Shown: piece by piece, positions 26,763 through 38,700 of the stretch | Layout: each line of letters begins with the position of its first letter | Position numbering within the stretch: the stretch's first letter is position 1 | NCBI GenBank assembly: GCA_965372795.1 | Contig: CBDVDR010000003.1 | Location: forward strand, 64,001 to 128,000 | DNA: 64,000 nt | DNA from: an uncultured bacterium | GTDB lineage: Bacteria; Zixibacteria; MSB-5A5; GN15; FEB-12 | Direction: 5' to 3' | The notes under the pieces: model-generated | The model's input: only the letters and a program-made list of their open reading frames with translations | Database searches by the model: none | Told to the model about the DNA's origin: nothing | Position numbers and translations under genes: made by a program

Positions 26763-27969
26763 TAAAAGACAAAATGAATTTTTAGATGATGAGTGGATTG
26801 GAAGTTATAACCTGGAGCAATATAATATTCTGAATAAACAACAAATAGATCCGGAAATATTGTTATCTGAAAATGAGTTTACCGAAACGGAGATGTCCAA
26901 TGAATCAGAAGATGAATTAGAAAATGAATTTGCAATTACAAATGAGATATCATCAACTCGCAACCGTACTTATGTGAAATGGGTTCAACATTCTCTAAAT
27001 AAAATATTGGGCATAAGACTTGGGGTCGATGGCATTTATGGAAGAAATACAAAACAAGCATTAAAATATTTTCAAACATTTGCAGGTATTTCTGTTGACG
27101 GGATTGTTGGCTCTCAAACAGAAAAAGCACTTACTGAATATAGTACTATAAAAAAGCCAGTTGCTATATCTTCATCCCGTTCACATCAAGTTGATTCAGT
27201 TCGTTGGTGTCCTGTAAAAAGTAAAAGAGCAACTTTGAAATGCACATCTCCCGGAACAAAAAAATGTCCAGCTATATCAAAATTATTATGTGTACCTCAT
27301 ATCAATCAAATCCCACTTGAGTATGTCTCAGGAGTAGGGGTTGATCGCAAAACAGGTTTGCAGGTTATTACTCGCAGAACAACAAGGACAAATTTCAAAA
27401 TGACGTCCGGTGTATATAAAGGATTGGCTGGATTTGTGATATATATGAAGAAATTTGGAATACCGGTTGAAGCAATACTATCTCAAGGGGCGCATCTTTG
27501 CCGCTGTGTCGGTAGAACTAACAGATTATCACAACACTCATATGGCAATGCGTTTGATTTTGCCGGAGTCAGATGGGCACTGATAAACAAACCTCCCAGT
27601 CGTTTAAGGGAAACAATCGTTCATAATTATTGGAATATAGAGCAACGCGGGCTGCTCAGGAGGATAAATGCATGCCTCCGTTTAAACTTCAGTCTGGTTC
27701 TTGATTATAATTATAACTCCGATCATTTTTCTCATTTTCATGTCGAGGCGGGGAGTGGTATGAACCCCCGAAGCAGGAGTACGATCCTATTTGTTCAAGA
27801 GGCGCTTGGACATATTCTTCAACGAGATATATCTGTTAATGGGAGGATGGATGCTTATACCCAGCAGGCGATAATTGATTATTCCGGGAATGATGAAAGT
27901 GTAATTTCCAACAGCACTGAATTAAATAGTATTTTCAAAAACTTGTTTTCAGAAATTGCTGCCGGATAG
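26743..27969 (+). CDS. Peptidoglycan-binding + extensin-like (LAS/M15-type) peptidase protein with acidic leader
   Basis: WVQHSLN..VDGIYG..T..A...FQ..VDGIVG (PG_binding_1); CR..LSQHSYGNAFDF and HFSHFH; second PG-binding-like segment at the C-terminus. Confidence 0.8.
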   Translation: MAVCRCNKRQNEFLDDEWIGSYNLEQYNILNKQQIDPEILLSENEFTETEMSNESEDELENEFAITNEISSTRNRTYVKWVQHSLNKILGIRLGVDGIYGRNTKQALKYFQTFAGISVDGIVGSQTEKALTEYSTIKKPVAISSSRSHQVDSVRWCPVKSKRATLKCTSPGTKKCPAISKLLCVPHINQIPLEYVSGVGVDRKTGLQVITRRTTRTNFKMTSGVYKGLAGFVIYMKKFGIPVEAILSQGAHLCRCVGRTNRLSQHSYGNAFDFAGVRWALINKPPSRLRETIVHNYWNIEQRGLLRRINACLRLNFSLVLDYNYNSDHFSHFHVEAGSGMNPRSRSTILFVQEALGHILQRDISVNGRMDAYTQQAIIDYSGNDESVISNSTELNSIFKNLFSEIAAG

Positions 27970-27994
27970 AAACAATATTTATGAATGACTCAGC

Positions 27995-28759
27995 ATGATA
28001 AATTTAAATAAAAATTCAAAAAATATCCCAGTCATAGATTCTCATTGTCATTTTGGATCTGGTGAAGGCTTAACCCACCATTGGAACACAAGGGCAAATT
28101 TAAGCAAGTATAAACCCAGAGCAAGAGCTGCCGGAATAATTCGCACTGTTTTATTCCCGGTTATTACTACCGATTGTTTAAAAGCAAACAGAGAAGTTGG
28201 TCTGTTTATTAAAAAAAATCCAAATAAGTATTTTGGTTTTGCTATGATTCATCCCGTCATTGATAAAAATAGAGTGTTCAAAATGATTGAAGAATCGGTT
28301 GTGAAATTTGGTTTTTGTGGAATTAAAGTTCATCGCCATAGCGGTAGTATTACCAGAGAAATCTGTGAAGTTGCTCAATATTTTTCGATACCAATATTAT
28401 ATGATGTGATGGATGATGCCGGGTCGATTGAATTTTTTGCAAATGAATATCCGGAGGTGAATTTTATTATACCTCATCTAAGTTCTTTTGGAAATAATTG
28501 GAAAGCTCAAAAAAGTTTTATTCCATATCTGACAGAATACCCTAATGTGTTTACTGATTCTTCAGGTGTTCAATGGTTTGATTTGTTGAAGGAAGCTTTT
28601 GAAAAAGCTGGTGCTGAAAAAATACTTTTTGGTTCGGACGGTCCCTGGCTACACCCTGCTGTTGAACTTTCGAAAATAATGTTGTTAACAACAAATCGGG
28701 AAATGTTATATTTAATGTTAATTCAAAATATTCTCAGACTTACAAATCAAAAACTATAA
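27995..28759 (+). CDS. Amidohydrolase family protein (Amidohydro_2)
   Basis: IDSHCH, GIKVH, PHL, DSS, KILFGSDGP. Confidence 0.88.
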   Translation: MINLNKNSKNIPVIDSHCHFGSGEGLTHHWNTRANLSKYKPRARAAGIIRTVLFPVITTDCLKANREVGLFIKKNPNKYFGFAMIHPVIDKNRVFKMIEESVVKFGFCGIKVHRHSGSITREICEVAQYFSIPILYDVMDDAGSIEFFANEYPEVNFIIPHLSSFGNNWKAQKSFIPYLTEYPNVFTDSSGVQWFDLLKEAFEKAGAEKILFGSDGPWLHPAVELSKIMLLTTNREMLYLMLIQNILRLTNQKL

Positions 28760-28797
28760 TAATTTATTCTTTGTAAAAAAAATATTGCTTCAAAATT

Positions 28798-30240
28798 TTA
28801 ACTAATAATATTTTTTAGGGTTTCATATTTTTTTTCAAGCTGTTGTGCCCATCGTTTTGAGCACTGCAGTTGATTGGCCGCATCCGAAAGTATTTTTTCC
28901 TTTTTAATCTGATTTCCATTTTGTTTTTTAAGTACATCATTTATTACAATTTGCAAAGCCATCTCTCTGATTTTTTCAATTATAAGTGTCAGTCCATTAC
29001 CGCTAAATAGTGCCCGTCTTAAAGAGGATTCCAAATCTCTATCGGGCCAAAGGATATCCTCTTCTGAATCACTTAGAAAATCCTCTTCAGGGATACAACC
29101 AATTGATAGAAGGGTTCTGTCACTTGCAAGATGAGCAATTTTGAGAACCAGATGTTTTAATTCTCTAACATTTCCGGGATAATTTCTGTTATATAAAAAA
29201 TCCATCACATGTTGATCTAAAACAAACGCCGTAGATTTATTATTGAACTGATTTAGAAAATGCTCTACTAGCAATAAAATATCATCTCTCCGTTCACTTA
29301 GAGAAGGTAATTTGAATAACCAGTTTGTGATGCGAAAATATAAATCGCTTCGAAAATTCCCCTGAGCAACATCCTTTTTGATATCTCTATTAGTTGCACT
29401 AATTAATCTAAATTTGGTTTTTCTCCAAACACTTGAACCGACTCTTTGATATGTTCCCTCCTGCATTACGCGTAATAGTTGAGACTGCAACGTCAGCGGT
29501 AAATCACCTATTTCATCTAAAAATAGGGTGCCTCCATTAGCAATTTCAAAAGCACCTTTTCTTGAGTTTACAGCTCCTGTAAAAGCTCCTCTTTCATGTC
29601 CAAAAAATTCACTGCCAGAAAGTTCGGGGACAATAGTGGTGCAGTCTAAAATTACATATTTACCTTTATTTTGTTTGGGATCCAAATCGTGAATTAGATT
29701 GGCAATTACTTCTTTTCCTGTCCCGCTTTCGCCGGTTATCAAGATCGAATCCAGAGTAAAATAAGCAACCTCTACAACTTTTCTAATTACATTTTTCCAT
29801 AGTTTATTATTACCAATAACGGCATTTTTTGAACAAGAAATTTTTAAAAGCTCTTCAACTTTTGACCAGCGTTTTATTCTATAAAATATCTCATCTGGTG
29901 TAATAGATTCTGATTCCCAGGATAAAAAATCTACCGATCCGGCACGAACAACTTTTTTTGCAAACTGATAATTTTGTTTATTATCCTTCAGCCCTATAAC
30001 CAGTACGCTTGAGTATATTTGCAAACTGCTAATAGTGGTGAATAATTCGTCATTTAGATCATCACAAAATAAAACATTTAAACAGTTATCACTTACAGTT
30101 AATTGTTTTGTAGATTCAATCTCTTCCAAACCAAATTTAAGGAATTTGTTACGAACAATATTTTCAATCAAACTATTTGGTTTACAAAAAAAATGAAGTT
30201 TGATGATAAATAAATTATTATATGAAAACAATAAACACAT
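28798..30240 (-). CDS. Sigma54-dependent transcriptional activator (bEBP) with degenerate receiver-like N-terminus
   Basis: [41 protein letters not shown]; atypical C-terminal HTH. Confidence 0.92.
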   Translation of the reverse strand: MCLLFSYNNLFIIKLHFFCKPNSLIENIVRNKFLKFGLEEIESTKQLTVSDNCLNVLFCDDLNDELFTTISSLQIYSSVLVIGLKDNKQNYQFAKKVVRAGSVDFLSWESESITPDEIFYRIKRWSKVEELLKISCSKNAVIGNNKLWKNVIRKVVEVAYFTLDSILITGESGTGKEVIANLIHDLDPKQNKGKYVILDCTTIVPELSGSEFFGHERGAFTGAVNSRKGAFEIANGGTLFLDEIGDLPLTLQSQLLRVMQEGTYQRVGSSVWRKTKFRLISATNRDIKKDVAQGNFRSDLYFRITNWLFKLPSLSERRDDILLLVEHFLNQFNNKSTAFVLDQHVMDFLYNRNYPGNVRELKHLVLKIAHLASDRTLLSIGCIPEEDFLSDSEEDILWPDRDLESSLRRALFSGNGLTLIIEKIREMALQIVINDVLKKQNGNQIKKEKILSDAANQLQCSKRWAQQLEKKYETLKNIIS

Positions 30241-30893
30241 AATCTATTTCGTTTATTTAATTATTCTTTGAACAATCTTAGTTATGAATTCTAGTTGCGT
30301 TGTTAACGTCACCATACTATATACGCTGCCTATTATCAATTGATTATGAAAAAAAAATATAAAATGAATAGATATTGTCTATAATAAAAAAGAATGAAAT
30401 GTCATTGGATGAACTAAAATGTTCAGTGATTTTGTGTGTCGATGAATTTTACTTGAGCCAGTATTTTCTTACTGAAAATGTTGAGTGTGATTGTTATTTT
30501 GGACTTTCAGTTCAGATATTTATTGTCAAATAATATTATTTTAATAAATATTATAATAGAATGACAAAATTGACACCATTGCAAATTATATTACTCTATA
30601 TAAATTGAATAATATCGTTTAACATAGAATTGCATAAGTAATATTCTATAATGCCAATATCCATTGGCCTTCCTAAATTTTAATTTTCGAAATTGTATTT
30701 AAATCGTTAACCCAAAATCTATTTTTTAGAGGTTTTGCAAAGCATCAATAAATATGAATTTCATATCAGAGCTCATACGAGAAAGGTATGTCTTTGATTA
30801 ACATAACACTAGGATGTTATAACATTTAAACATGGAGGTAGTTGCATTTATTGATTAACAGCAGTTTTTAAACTTTTTGTAGGGAGTCAAGAA

Positions 30894-33596
30894 ATGTACA
30901 AAAAAATGTTTCTTGTATTGTTTTTTGTGGTGATTCTTGCTATGTCGGTAATTGCCGATAAAGACACCAAACAATCATGGGCGGCATCACCGTGCGCCAC
31001 TTGTCAAATTGATATCCCCGAAGTAACAACTATTCATGACCAGTTAGGATATGGAATTATGTCCGACCACATCGTAACTGGTAGTTCCAGCGGGATATTT
31101 GCATCTTATGTCGATGTTTCATTTAGAATTCCAGATACAGATGCATCAGTCACCATTAATTTCCGGGAAGTGTACTTATTTGATGCAACTTATACTGTAA
31201 GTCAAGAATCAGTTGATGGATATGATTGGTTTCATATCCATATTACATCACATGCTCGAATATATGACGATACACCAATATTCAGATTTCAGGTTGTTAA
31301 AATGGGTTGTGTAGCTGAAACGCATGATCTTCCAATTGAGCTCGCACAATCTTCTTTTGGGCAAAACCAATTTGGTGTCTCCGGTGATACATACACAATT
31401 GGTATTAAAAACAATGGAGCTCAAAAGATTGAAGAACCTAATGTATATGTCCATGTAATTCCGGATGGTGAAGACTGGACTTATATATATGAGAGTTATG
31501 TCGGTGCCATAGTAAGTGTGCCTGTTTATTTCCAATGTAATCTTGATTACCCGGGTGGATTTGAAGTAACAGTCTCTCATAATACTAATTTAATTTTTGA
31601 TTCATGGACCCCCTCCTATTACTCCTACAATGCAACTGTAGATGCATCAGTAGAGGGTGAAGTGACATTCACTATGGGTCCAAATTCACTTAGCGTGACC
31701 GAGCCGGATTTTCCTGATACTAGATTTTTAACAATTGATTTTAAAATTGACGATGATGTAACCCCAGGCTCGGAGTTTTATTTAGGAATAGTTGAAGACT
31801 ACAGGTTTACTACTTGTGACGATTATGAATATTTCGATCATTATGATCAGGATGTTGTTAGGGTAAATACAGCACTTGAAGAGATTACTGTTAAGTTGCA
31901 AAGTATGGCAGTATATAATGATGATATGGGTTTTGCGTGGGGTGTATCAATCAATACGCCGGTTCCTATTAAAACTGATGCTCCTGATGAGGAGTATAAT
32001 ACAAGATTCTCAGTGAACGAATCAGATTTTGAACATACTGAATTCAAACATGTTACTCCGACTTATTCATTTTCAGGTGGTGTAATAAACTGGATTGGGA
32101 TGCATTCGTTTGGAGCCTACAAAGGAATGGGTGAAGATCCAAATCAAGCGTCGAATGTGATTTCTCCGACTGACTATACTTTTGAATATATTGGCAGTAT
32201 GAATCTTGATCCGGTATCAAATGGAACGGATTATATTGATTTTAATACATCAGATCCTGGCTACAATTATACAAAGGTAAAATATACAGATCATATAATT
32301 GATCAAACAAATGGATTGAGCTTTGATGACGGTTATATAACTGTTAGAAGCCATTGTACAAACTGCGGTGGTGGTGGTGGTTGTCCAACGCTATATATAT
32401 GGGATGGTTTAGGTTATGCTCTTGAGAATCCGATTTTAACCTATTCTCAGTATCAGGTAGATCCTATAGCTCAGGACGATTATTATCAGCTGTCAAATAT
32501 TGTTGAAAAAGACGGTTATTATAATATTCAGATTCGTGAGTATCGTGATGAGATAACATTCCTTGATCAAGCTGAGCTAATTGTTGCCAATTATCCCCTT
32601 GATTCGGATATTGGAATTAGTACTGAGGGAATGATTTATGCTAAGAAAGAGCCAATTGAACCAATCGCAGCATTTGATGAATGGAATAACGATTTATTGC
32701 CGTTAGTTTCAAAAATGGATGGTTCCTTGTTTGAAGCTGATGAACCGGGTTCATTGATTTTGACCTATCCAAATCCAAATTATGGAAAGCAGATGAGTCA
32801 AAATAAAGGTTATGCTTTAGGTAATACACCTCCTACACCAAAAGCAAAGAAATTCGTCGATTCAGATTTCAAGATTTATGGAGAAAATGTATATTCCGAA
32901 ATAGAGGATATCAACGGTAATTGGCATTATCTTGGCGGTACTGCACCGCGTTCATATGAAACTCAGACAACAAGTTGGCTTGCTGATGCTGATGATTATG
33001 ATCTGGGTGAGACATTCCGGATTAGAATTTCCTGGCAAATTGGTTATAAAGTTGATCAGCAAGCACTTGCGGTTACTGAGCCGGCGAATGTTACCCAACA
33101 TCGCTTGATGCCAATTGAAGCAGATCATACCCGGGTTGGAAAGATTGCAAACAGTTTGAATTCAACCGATGGGGATATTATCACACTTTCACCGGGTGAA
33201 ACCATTGATCTGAAATTTGAAGTTCCGGAAACCTCAAATATTGAAGGTTATGGACAGAAGTTCTTTTTCAAAGCAAATGGTTACTATCGTGCTTTCAAAT
33301 TTGAAGATGGCGTACCGGATAGTTTTGAACTGTTTGATAATTATCCGAACCCATTTAATCCGATAACCAATATAAGATTCTCGGTACCAAAGACAGGCGA
33401 AATATCGCTTGCAGTCTTTAATCTTTTAGGGCAGAAAGTAAAAACTTTGCATGAAGGAGAGATTGATGCCGGTAATCACACTATTCAATGGTCTGGCGAC
33501 AATGATAATAATCAGCAGGTCGCAAGTGGTGTATATTTCTATAAACTAATTACAAAGGATTTTGAGCAGAGTAAGAAGATGGTTCTCTTAAAGTAG
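30894..33596 (+). CDS. Large secreted protein with cohesin-like region and C-terminal FlgD/T9SS-like sorting domain
   Basis: Signal peptide; VSVPVY..GFEVTV cohesin-like strand pattern; GGGGGCPTLYIWDG; NYPNPFNP...VFNLLGQKV...ASGVYFYKL...KKMVLLK. Confidence 0.8.
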   Translation: MYKKMFLVLFFVVILAMSVIADKDTKQSWAASPCATCQIDIPEVTTIHDQLGYGIMSDHIVTGSSSGIFASYVDVSFRIPDTDASVTINFREVYLFDATYTVSQESVDGYDWFHIHITSHARIYDDTPIFRFQVVKMGCVAETHDLPIELAQSSFGQNQFGVSGDTYTIGIKNNGAQKIEEPNVYVHVIPDGEDWTYIYESYVGAIVSVPVYFQCNLDYPGGFEVTVSHNTNLIFDSWTPSYYSYNATVDASVEGEVTFTMGPNSLSVTEPDFPDTRFLTIDFKIDDDVTPGSEFYLGIVEDYRFTTCDDYEYFDHYDQDVVRVNTALEEITVKLQSMAVYNDDMGFAWGVSINTPVPIKTDAPDEEYNTRFSVNESDFEHTEFKHVTPTYSFSGGVINWIGMHSFGAYKGMGEDPNQASNVISPTDYTFEYIGSMNLDPVSNGTDYIDFNTSDPGYNYTKVKYTDHIIDQTNGLSFDDGYITVRSHCTNCGGGGGCPTLYIWDGLGYALENPILTYSQYQVDPIAQDDYYQLSNIVEKDGYYNIQIREYRDEITFLDQAELIVANYPLDSDIGISTEGMIYAKKEPIEPIAAFDEWNNDLLPLVSKMDGSLFEADEPGSLILTYPNPNYGKQMSQNKGYALGNTPPTPKAKKFVDSDFKIYGENVYSEIEDINGNWHYLGGTAPRSYETQTTSWLADADDYDLGETFRIRISWQIGYKVDQQALAVTEPANVTQHRLMPIEADHTRVGKIANSLNSTDGDIITLSPGETIDLKFEVPETSNIEGYGQKFFFKANGYYRAFKFEDGVPDSFELFDNYPNPFNPITNIRFSVPKTGEISLAVFNLLGQKVKTLHEGEIDAGNHTIQWSGDNDNNQQVASGVYFYKLITKDFEQSKKMVLLK

Positions 33597-33610
33597 GACC
33601 TTTTAATATT

Positions 33611-33642
33611 ACAGTAGTAGGAGTTAATACTCCTGCTACTGT
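33611..33642 (+). terminator. Hairpin (terminator or transcript-stabilising) after the 900 aa gene
   Basis: ACAGTAGTAGGAGT-TAAT-ACTCCTGCTACTGT. Confidence 0.6.
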
Positions 33643-33681
33643 TAAAATTATGAGTAACGATAAAATTTTATTGGGATAGTT

Positions 33682-35334
33682 ATGCAGATAGAAAGATTCA
33701 TCGATAGTAAAAAATTAAAATTAACAGTTTTATTTCTAACTGTATTATTTTTAATGCCGTTAACATTTACAAATGCCGGATCACTTGTGAGTCGTGATGA
33801 TTTTATTGTGTTTGATACTTCACTTAGAGTATCTCTTGAAAATTATACGTGGTTATGTAGTTCCATAGATAGTTCAGGTAATATATATCAGAGCAATGCC
33901 GTTGATGTCGATTCGTCGATATATAGTTATTTTTATGGGCAGTTCAATAATTTTGATTCGTATGGAAACCAATTACAACAGGTTACTAATTATCTTCCTT
34001 ATGATAAGATTGACACCAATTGGTCAGTTCAGGGGCGTTATTTTTGCCATACCAATGATAATTTATTAACATGTTTAATTGGAAAACAAAAACCTAATTT
34101 GGATATTGAATATTCTCAAGCCTTTGTTTATTTGCTCGATAAGAATGGAAATAATTTTATAGAGCCTCAATGTTTGGACTGTGATTTACCTACTTTGGCA
34201 GAAGGTCATTACCATGCAGTTCCTTATGGGGGTATGAATAATAATAATGTCTTTGGAGCAGCCTGGAGATTGTATGTTTATCCTCCGAATTATTATGAAT
34301 CGATAAATGTCCGATTGTACTATCCCGATAGTGACAGTTTATCTCCGATAATTGATCCAAAGCAATTAGTTCAACCTATAATCGGTATCCCTGGGTATGA
34401 AGATGATGATTATATGACTTATCAAAGTCCCGATATGAAAGTAGCCGATGATGGAAGCTTTGCAGTTGCCTGGATGCCGAATCATAACACTCGTGAAAAG
34501 TTTATTTATTATGTTGTTTATAATGCTGACTATACTCAGAAGTCTGAAGTGATGATTGCAAACTGTAAAAGTGGTATACCGTATGAACCTGAGTATTTGC
34601 ATAGAATAAGAATGTGTATGGAAGCTGATGGAGATTTTTATATATCCTGGTTGGCTGAACAGGCTACACCGACAATTTCTAACAGGAGTCATGTATGGAT
34701 GCGCGGTTTCAATAGTGATGGAACTCCAAAATATGATCCGATTAGAGTGAATGATTGTGATTCCTTGTGGTTAACAATGTTTGATGAGATTCAGTCCTAT
34801 ATCGTTTGTGATGATAGTGGTAATGTAGTTGTTTCCTGGGCTGATAGTCGAGATTTCCCTTATGATGAGCATGGCAAACCACGTAATGTTTATATCCAGA
34901 AGATTAATAAAGATGGTGATCTGGTTGGTTTAAACCAGAGGATTAATAATGTTAATGGTTCAGCGATTGGTGGAGATGCTGCAAATTGTGCCATCAATAA
35001 TTCGGGACAAGTTATGATTAGTTGGCGTAATAATGCAGAAGTATTTCCACGATTATGTGGTCAATTGATGCCATTTGATAGTATAGGGAATTTCGTGTCT
35101 GGTGATATAAATTATGATATGACGGCTGGTATTTCAGATATTACAACATTTGTTGATTACCTTTTTCTTGGCAGCAGCATCTCTTTTTGGCCAAGAGGGC
35201 TGGTTGATTTTAACGGTGATGATACTCATGGGAATATTTCCGACTTAACTTATCTGATATCGTATTTTTTTCAGAATGGGTTATCACCTGTGATACCTGA
35301 AACAGGTATTAGAGCAAACCCTGGAAAATTTTAG
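33682..35334 (+). CDS. Secreted beta-rich protein with C-terminal dockerin-like duplicated motif
   Basis: Signal peptide; repeated DG.F..(A/S)W blades; GDINYD..ISDIT.FVDYLF and DFNGD..NISDLTYLISYFF. Confidence 0.75.
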   Translation: MQIERFIDSKKLKLTVLFLTVLFLMPLTFTNAGSLVSRDDFIVFDTSLRVSLENYTWLCSSIDSSGNIYQSNAVDVDSSIYSYFYGQFNNFDSYGNQLQQVTNYLPYDKIDTNWSVQGRYFCHTNDNLLTCLIGKQKPNLDIEYSQAFVYLLDKNGNNFIEPQCLDCDLPTLAEGHYHAVPYGGMNNNNVFGAAWRLYVYPPNYYESINVRLYYPDSDSLSPIIDPKQLVQPIIGIPGYEDDDYMTYQSPDMKVADDGSFAVAWMPNHNTREKFIYYVVYNADYTQKSEVMIANCKSGIPYEPEYLHRIRMCMEADGDFYISWLAEQATPTISNRSHVWMRGFNSDGTPKYDPIRVNDCDSLWLTMFDEIQSYIVCDDSGNVVVSWADSRDFPYDEHGKPRNVYIQKINKDGDLVGLNQRINNVNGSAIGGDAANCAINNSGQVMISWRNNAEVFPRLCGQLMPFDSIGNFVSGDINYDMTAGISDITTFVDYLFLGSSISFWPRGLVDFNGDDTHGNISDLTYLISYFFQNGLSPVIPETGIRANPGKF

Positions 35335-35716
35335 ACTAATTTTAAGATTGATATAGATCGGCGCTATGTTTTAGTTTATTCGTAATTACAAAAATTCATG
35401 AGATTTATTCCATATTTATAATAAGGTCTGATAAAGTGTACCCTTGTACTGATTTTAATCAATGTTACTAAATTATTGAATCAGCTATCCGGGTTATGAT
35501 AATAGTTGCTATTTATAATATGTTTATTAAGATATCTCTGTGATTATTAAAAAGTATTAAATATTGTATTTATAAATTGAAATAATCCCTTTACAATTCC
35601 TCCCTTTTTTAATTTCTTGGTATGATAAGTATTAAACAATTCTATAAACGCATAATGAACGAATGTGTAAAATATTGGTACTTTACTATTCTTGGAAATA
35701 GATTTAAAGGTGATAA

Positions 35717-38700
35717 TTGAAAGATAACGAGTTAACAAATTACGATCTTCTTGAACTGTTAAATGAAAATGGTAATTTCCAATCCTGGAAAGCAATCAAT
35801 AGAAAGACAAACAGATTATGTTTTCTTAAGTGCTCGTTAAATAATAGCGATCTACAACTTACCAATAAGTTTCTTACTAAATCATATAATCATCAAAAAG
35901 ATATTAGTCATCCACAAATTGTTACGGCTCAATCAAAGAGAATTGAAGAGGGAAGATGCATTGTTGAATATCCTTATCTTGAACCTAATGATTGGATGCA
36001 GCTATCATGTGAAAGATTTAGAAACAATCCCATAAAAGTCCTTACTCAAATTGCATGTATATTAGATTATATTCATTCTTATAATTTGGTTCATTGCGAT
36101 ATTAAGTTTGATAATATTTTTATTAATTCTTCAGATCAAATCAAACTCATTGATCTCGACTTTTTAGTAGCGGCTAATTCAAAACCGCAAGGCTTACTAA
36201 TTGGGACTCCAACCTTTATTCCTCCGGAAATTGAAACCAATGATATAATTCTTACACAATCAGATAATTATTCTCTGGGCAAACAGATTGAAAAGGCTTT
36301 GGATACACCGGCAAGCGATCTTAATATTTCGAAAGAGTTGTTTACTAATATTAAATCATTTTCAGAATGTCTGCTTAATACTGATCCCTGGAACAGATCT
36401 AACAATTTAATTGAAACACTTTATAAATGTAATTTAATAGACAGTAAAACTTATCAGACATTTTTAAGAGATCTACTGATTGATATACTTAATTCTGAAT
36501 TGATTAAAAGCAAATTAACTGATGTTAATGTAACTCCCGAATCAATAATTTCAATCCTCAATAAAAAGAAAATTATTATTCCAACCCCTGAAATTGTTCA
36601 TAATCTAATTGATGCTTATAAACATAATGCCTCTAATACAAAAAATACACTCATATCGTATCTTGAAGAAACAAAAATTATAAAATTAGAATCATACTGG
36701 CATTTACAAAACGATGATAACCAGTTATTTGATTTTCTTATTGAACTTAAAAACCTATCAGGAGGGGAATTAAATAAGGACTCTCTAATCTTAAACTCCC
36801 CTGATTCACTTGAACAAAAAATTGAGCTTATTCAGAATTCTACTTCAGAGGAAGATAAATATTTTAAACTCTTCGCCACTCAACAAATAATTGATAATTA
36901 TTTTAATTTGAATAATTTTGACAATAATATAATAAAAAAATACTTATTGGAATTTACTCAACAGGCGATATCGCTTAATCGGTTAAAATTAGCCTTAGAA
37001 TATTATGAAAAATTGGGTAATATCTGCGAACTATCATTAGATGCTCAAATTGAACGGATTGTCATTTCAATTCTTTTAGGTGAACTGGATAATGCAAAAA
37101 ATATTATCAAAGAGTTGGAAAATAATACAAGCGATCAAATTCGTTTAGATATTTATAAAGCCTGGTTATATGCTATCACCGGCAAAATGTCTGATGCTAT
37201 CGATGTGATTGAGGAAATTTTAAATATACCTAAGAGTGAAATTACACCGAAAAACTACATTAGCTCCAATTATGTTTATGCCATAATTCACTGGATGAAA
37301 GGTGATTATGAAAAGGCTCTGAAATTTTTATTGATCTCCTTTGAAAAATCAAAAAATTCTGAATCCAAATATAACATAGTGTCTATTGCTTCGTCATTAG
37401 CAATCCTTTTTGGGGATATCGGAGATTTTAATGAATCAATTAAATATTGCAAATTAGCAATTAAAGAAGCCATTACACCATTAGACTTAATTCGCGTTCA
37501 ACATATTTATATAACATTAGGATATGCTTATACACGTATTTCAGACTTTTCAAAAGCACAATTTTGGTTAGAAAAATATCATCATTTGCAACTCTATTAT
37601 TTTAGTGGAACCCGTTTAGTCTCATACTCATTAGCGAAAGGGTTTAATTATTCAACACAAAGTAATTTTCTTGAGAGTAAAAACTTACTAATTGAGGCAA
37701 TCAACTTATCAAACCAATTCATGGATTTTAAGAATTACGGAAAGGCGTATTATAATCTTTCTATAAATGAGATGGAGTCTGGTAACTTTTCTAAATGTAA
37801 GTATTATTTGAAAGAAGCAAATACGATATTCACAAAATCAAAAGATGACGCTTCTGTTAAAGAGTTAGAAATTATTTCTGTATTGAATTATTATTTTAAT
37901 AATGAAGGTAATATCAATAATCTACATTCCATAATTGATTCTCTAATTCGATTTAATTGTAACTATGTTTTATGTTTATGCTATTTTCATCAAATCCTAA
38001 ATGATTGTAAAATTGAGGAAATTCAAAAGTCTATAACGAACTTGTTTGAACAAAAAGCATATCTTAAAACTTCGGATGTCCCTTTGTTTAAAGTTTTATA
38101 TGAATTGGGGTACTCCATAAAAGATACTGGGAATCTTGAACAGTTTATTAATGTTTTAAAGAAATGTTATAGAATTCTATCTGCTGCTTCGCAGAAATTT
38201 CTTTCAGCTTTGCTTGCTAAAAAGATTTCAGAACTTTATGAATCATCTAATAAGAATAAACATGCCATTAATTATTTAAATGAAGCGAGGAAAAATTTTG
38301 TTTCATTAAAAAATGAAACTGCACTTCATAAAATTGATGATAAACTTTCTTTGTTAAAGAATTTTAATCAAACTAATAATAATTATTTGGAACATTTATC
38401 AAGTATTTCAAAGATTATAAAAGATATAGAAAATTATAACAGTTCTTTAAGCAAGCTTTTGGAATTTGCTGTTGATCAGACTGGTGCGGAAAGAGGCGTT
38501 CTGTTCAGATGCAATGAAGAAAATAAGCTTCAAATCATCGCATCTGTTAATTGTCACTTTGATAATCTTGAAGATATAAAAGATTTTAGCTTACAGGTTC
38601 CAACAAAAAGTACGGAAGAATTTAAAGCTGTGATTATTGCTAATGCCTTGGATGATAAAAGAACAAAAAAATATGAAAGTATTATTCAAAATAATATCCT

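Noticed and set aside
19795..30240. Prophage or tailocin
   Set aside because: No recognisable capsid, terminase, tail, sheath, baseplate or integrase genes.
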